In this document: piece after piece, positions 36,331-37,349 of the stretch | Layout: each line of letters opens with the position of its first letter | Numbering within the stretch: position 1 is the stretch's first letter | Sequence record: DRR378314_1978 | Direction: 5' to 3' (one strand) | Length of the DNA: 37,349 bases | Made by a program: the position numbers and the translations under genes | The notes under the pieces: generated by a model | Database searches by the model: none | Told to the model about the DNA's origin: nothing | What the model saw: the letters and a program-made list of their open reading frames with translations, nothing else

Positions 36331-37088
36331 CCTGCACCACCGGTTTCAATCCGCAGCGTTGCACCACAATGTTTGCAATGTACGGCATCTGGATCATGCC
36401 GGAACAAACCGCAACTAGGGCATTTGTAACGCACTTTCTGCGGCATGAAGATCGCCTGTGCCAACCGTACAAACAGCGCCACGCCAACGACCATGATGAA
36501 AACCGAAAACAGCTTGCCCGCCGACGTCGCCAACGTGATGTCGCCAAACCCAGTAGTCGTTAGGGTCGCCATTGTGAAATATAGCGCGTCGATATAGGGC
36601 GTCTGGGTATTCTCAGGCATGAAAAAGACAAGCACTGCGGTTGAGGTCGCAAAGACAAAAACCAACAGGTTTATCGCGGCAATCACTGCGTCTTCATGGG
36701 TTCGGAAAAACCTGCTGTCCCGTCGCAAATCCCGCAGTAAATGGTACGAGTGGATCAGGCGCAAGGCGCGCAAAATACGCAGAAACGCCAGGTTACCGGT
36801 CAGGAACGGATCGAGGAAAAGTGACACGATAACAACGATGTCTGCCATCGTATAAATCTTGCGCAATAGCTTCCAACGATCTTTCGCGATCCAAAGACGA
36901 GCCGAAAAATCCATGAGAATAAGAAATCCGACGCCAAAACTGGCCACCGTAATTCCCGGGCCGTGCGGAATATGCGCGGTTGCGACAAAGAACACGATGG
37001 TCGCGATGTCGAACAGGATCAGGCCATATCGAAACCAGACCGAAATCGGGTCGTGGCTGATGTATAAGAACTTAACAGCCTGCTTCAT
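36327..37088 (-). CDS. Potassium channel (voltage-gated type) with C-terminal Cys4 ribbon
   Basis: S4-like LRILRALRL, pore TLTTTGFGDI, C-terminal CPSC...HCKHCG. Confidence 0.88.
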   Translation of the reverse strand: MKQAVKFLYISHDPISVWFRYGLILFDIATIVFFVATAHIPHGPGITVASFGVGFLILMDFSARLWIAKDRWKLLRKIYTMADIVVIVSLFLDPFLTGNLAFLRILRALRLIHSYHLLRDLRRDSRFFRTHEDAVIAAINLLVFVFATSTAVLVFFMPENTQTPYIDALYFTMATLTTTGFGDITLATSAGKLFSVFIMVVGVALFVRLAQAIFMPQKVRYKCPSCGLFRHDPDAVHCKHCGATLRIETGGAG

Positions 37089-37159
37089 CCTAAGCTCGCA
37101 TCCCCTTATTAATGATAAGAAATACCCCTAAACCGGCGGCATACCAAGCGTCAGCTTAC

Positions 37160-37190
37160 AAAAAAGCCGCCCCGGTTACGGAGCGGCTTT
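37160..37190 (-). terminator. Terminator of carD
   Basis: AAAGCCGC...GCGGCTTT stem with a minus-strand T-run. Confidence 0.75.
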
Positions 37191-37210
37191 GAAATTGGTT
37201 GCACCTTTGG

Positions 37211-37349
37211 TCAAGCAGCGGCGCGCGAGGTCAGTACCTCGTCGACCTGCTTGGCCGCCGAGATTTCATCCGCGCCTGAAACAGCAGCGACCTCTCGCGT
37301 CAGACGCTCAAGCGCTGCCTCATAAAGCTGACGCTCGGAATAGCTCTGC
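37211..37349 (-). CDS. carD: CarD/CdnL family RNA polymerase-binding factor, C-terminal part (runs off the window)
   Basis: Manual translation QSYSERQLYEAALERLTREVAAVSGADEISAAKQVDEVLTSRAAA*, matching the alphaproteobacterial CarD C-terminus; not in the ORF track. Confidence 0.85.
   Translation of the reverse strand, partial: QSYSERQLYEAALERLTREVAAVSGADEISAAKQVDEVLTSRAAA

Overview
Chromosomal window from an alphaproteobacterium, most likely Rhodobacteraceae (Roseobacter group, Ruegeria-like), judged from gene content and synteny. No prophage, IS, rRNA, tRNA or CRISPR array is visible. From left to right it holds: (1) an acetate/monocarboxylate module with acs (3' end), an adenylate kinase, a small membrane partner, an ActP-like sodium:solute symporter, a cNMP-CBS-GlnD/E-type nucleotidyltransferase, a small membrane protein and a membrane-anchored sensor-like DEDDh exonuclease; (2) a flavin reductase and mrp/apbC; (3) an unannotated 41-codon ORF abutting an excisionase-HTH/PBP regulator that converges on tupBCA (tungstate ABC transporter); (4) a complete reductive pyrimidine catabolism cluster (preT, preA, hydA, carbamoylase, ABC importer, RutR/PydR-type regulator with its operators), with a GNAT gene embedded in the importer genes and a small gene preceded by a CtrA-type box; (5) a ChrR-like cupin, a GT8-like protein, metY, a GNAT, a SIMPL protein, a large bitopic Pro/Glu-rich protein, hppD with its Lrp regulator, a KefC-like antiporter, cobT, cobS, a K+ channel and the 3' end of carD. 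The best candidate for an uncharacterised system is the nucleotidyltransferase plus membrane exonuclease pair, a possible writer/eraser attached to acetate uptake and activation. All product calls come from motif recognition by eye; no database searches were run.
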